Below, in pieces: positions 63,903-64,000 of a stretch of 64,000 nucleotides of DNA. Under the pieces are notes generated by a model, which was given only the letters and a program-made list of their open reading frames with translations, had not been told where the DNA came from and did no database searches. The DNA comes from an uncultured Verrucomicrobiae bacterium. GTDB taxonomy: Bacteria; Verrucomicrobiota; Verrucomicrobiia; Limisphaerales; UBA11358. Every line of letters starts with the position of its first letter. Within the stretch, counting starts at the first letter, position 1. Location: NCBI GenBank assembly GCA_963764035.1, contig CAVXQV010000011.1, positions 105,042 through 169,041 on the forward strand, written 5' to 3'. The position numbers were made by a program, and so were the translations under genes.

Positions 63903-64000
63903 GACAATTCCTTTTCACTCGCCCGCGCAAAAGATTTTTGCCACGTTTCCGGCGGCAATTGCGATGTGGTCATTTGTTCTGAAACGGCTGCTGCACATGA

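Overview
This is a high-GC (roughly 60-65% by eye) bacterial chromosomal window. The gene content is a Suf Fe-S operon, a GH127 enzyme with a discoidin domain, twin PilT ATPases, a partner-switching/cAMP signalling cluster, MacAB-type efflux genes and many REP-like hairpin families. That mix looks PVC/Verrucomicrobia-like, but the taxonomy is inference only. I count about 55 protein-coding genes. About 25 of them have broken reading frames, and the breaks I inspected sit at homopolymer runs. The broken genes cluster in blocks that alternate with long error-free blocks (6.9-10.7 kb, 16.1-27.8 kb, 35.2-44.1 kb). I saw no rRNA, tRNA or CRISPR. Four things stand out. (1) At three loci (2.7-3.5 kb, 50.3-52.1 kb, 57.0-57.7 kb), small lower-GC ORFs, mostly lipoproteins, are framed by conserved attC-like elements. 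Their outer inverted ends covary between units and a 10-bp core is duplicated. Two of these loci share a promoter-bearing leader and a MacB/FtsX 3'-end relic. No recombinase is in the window. (2) Five intergenic arrays of degenerate tandem repeats are phase-locked at exactly 21 bp (or 42 bp), each built on a different short palindrome. (3) A MotA/ExbB-like plus TM-Asp/coiled-coil gene pair has an unusual architecture. (4) A signalling cluster runs hybrid kinase, RR-PP2C, RsbW-like, STAS, RR-adenylate cyclase. All family calls come from motifs read by eye; no searches were run.
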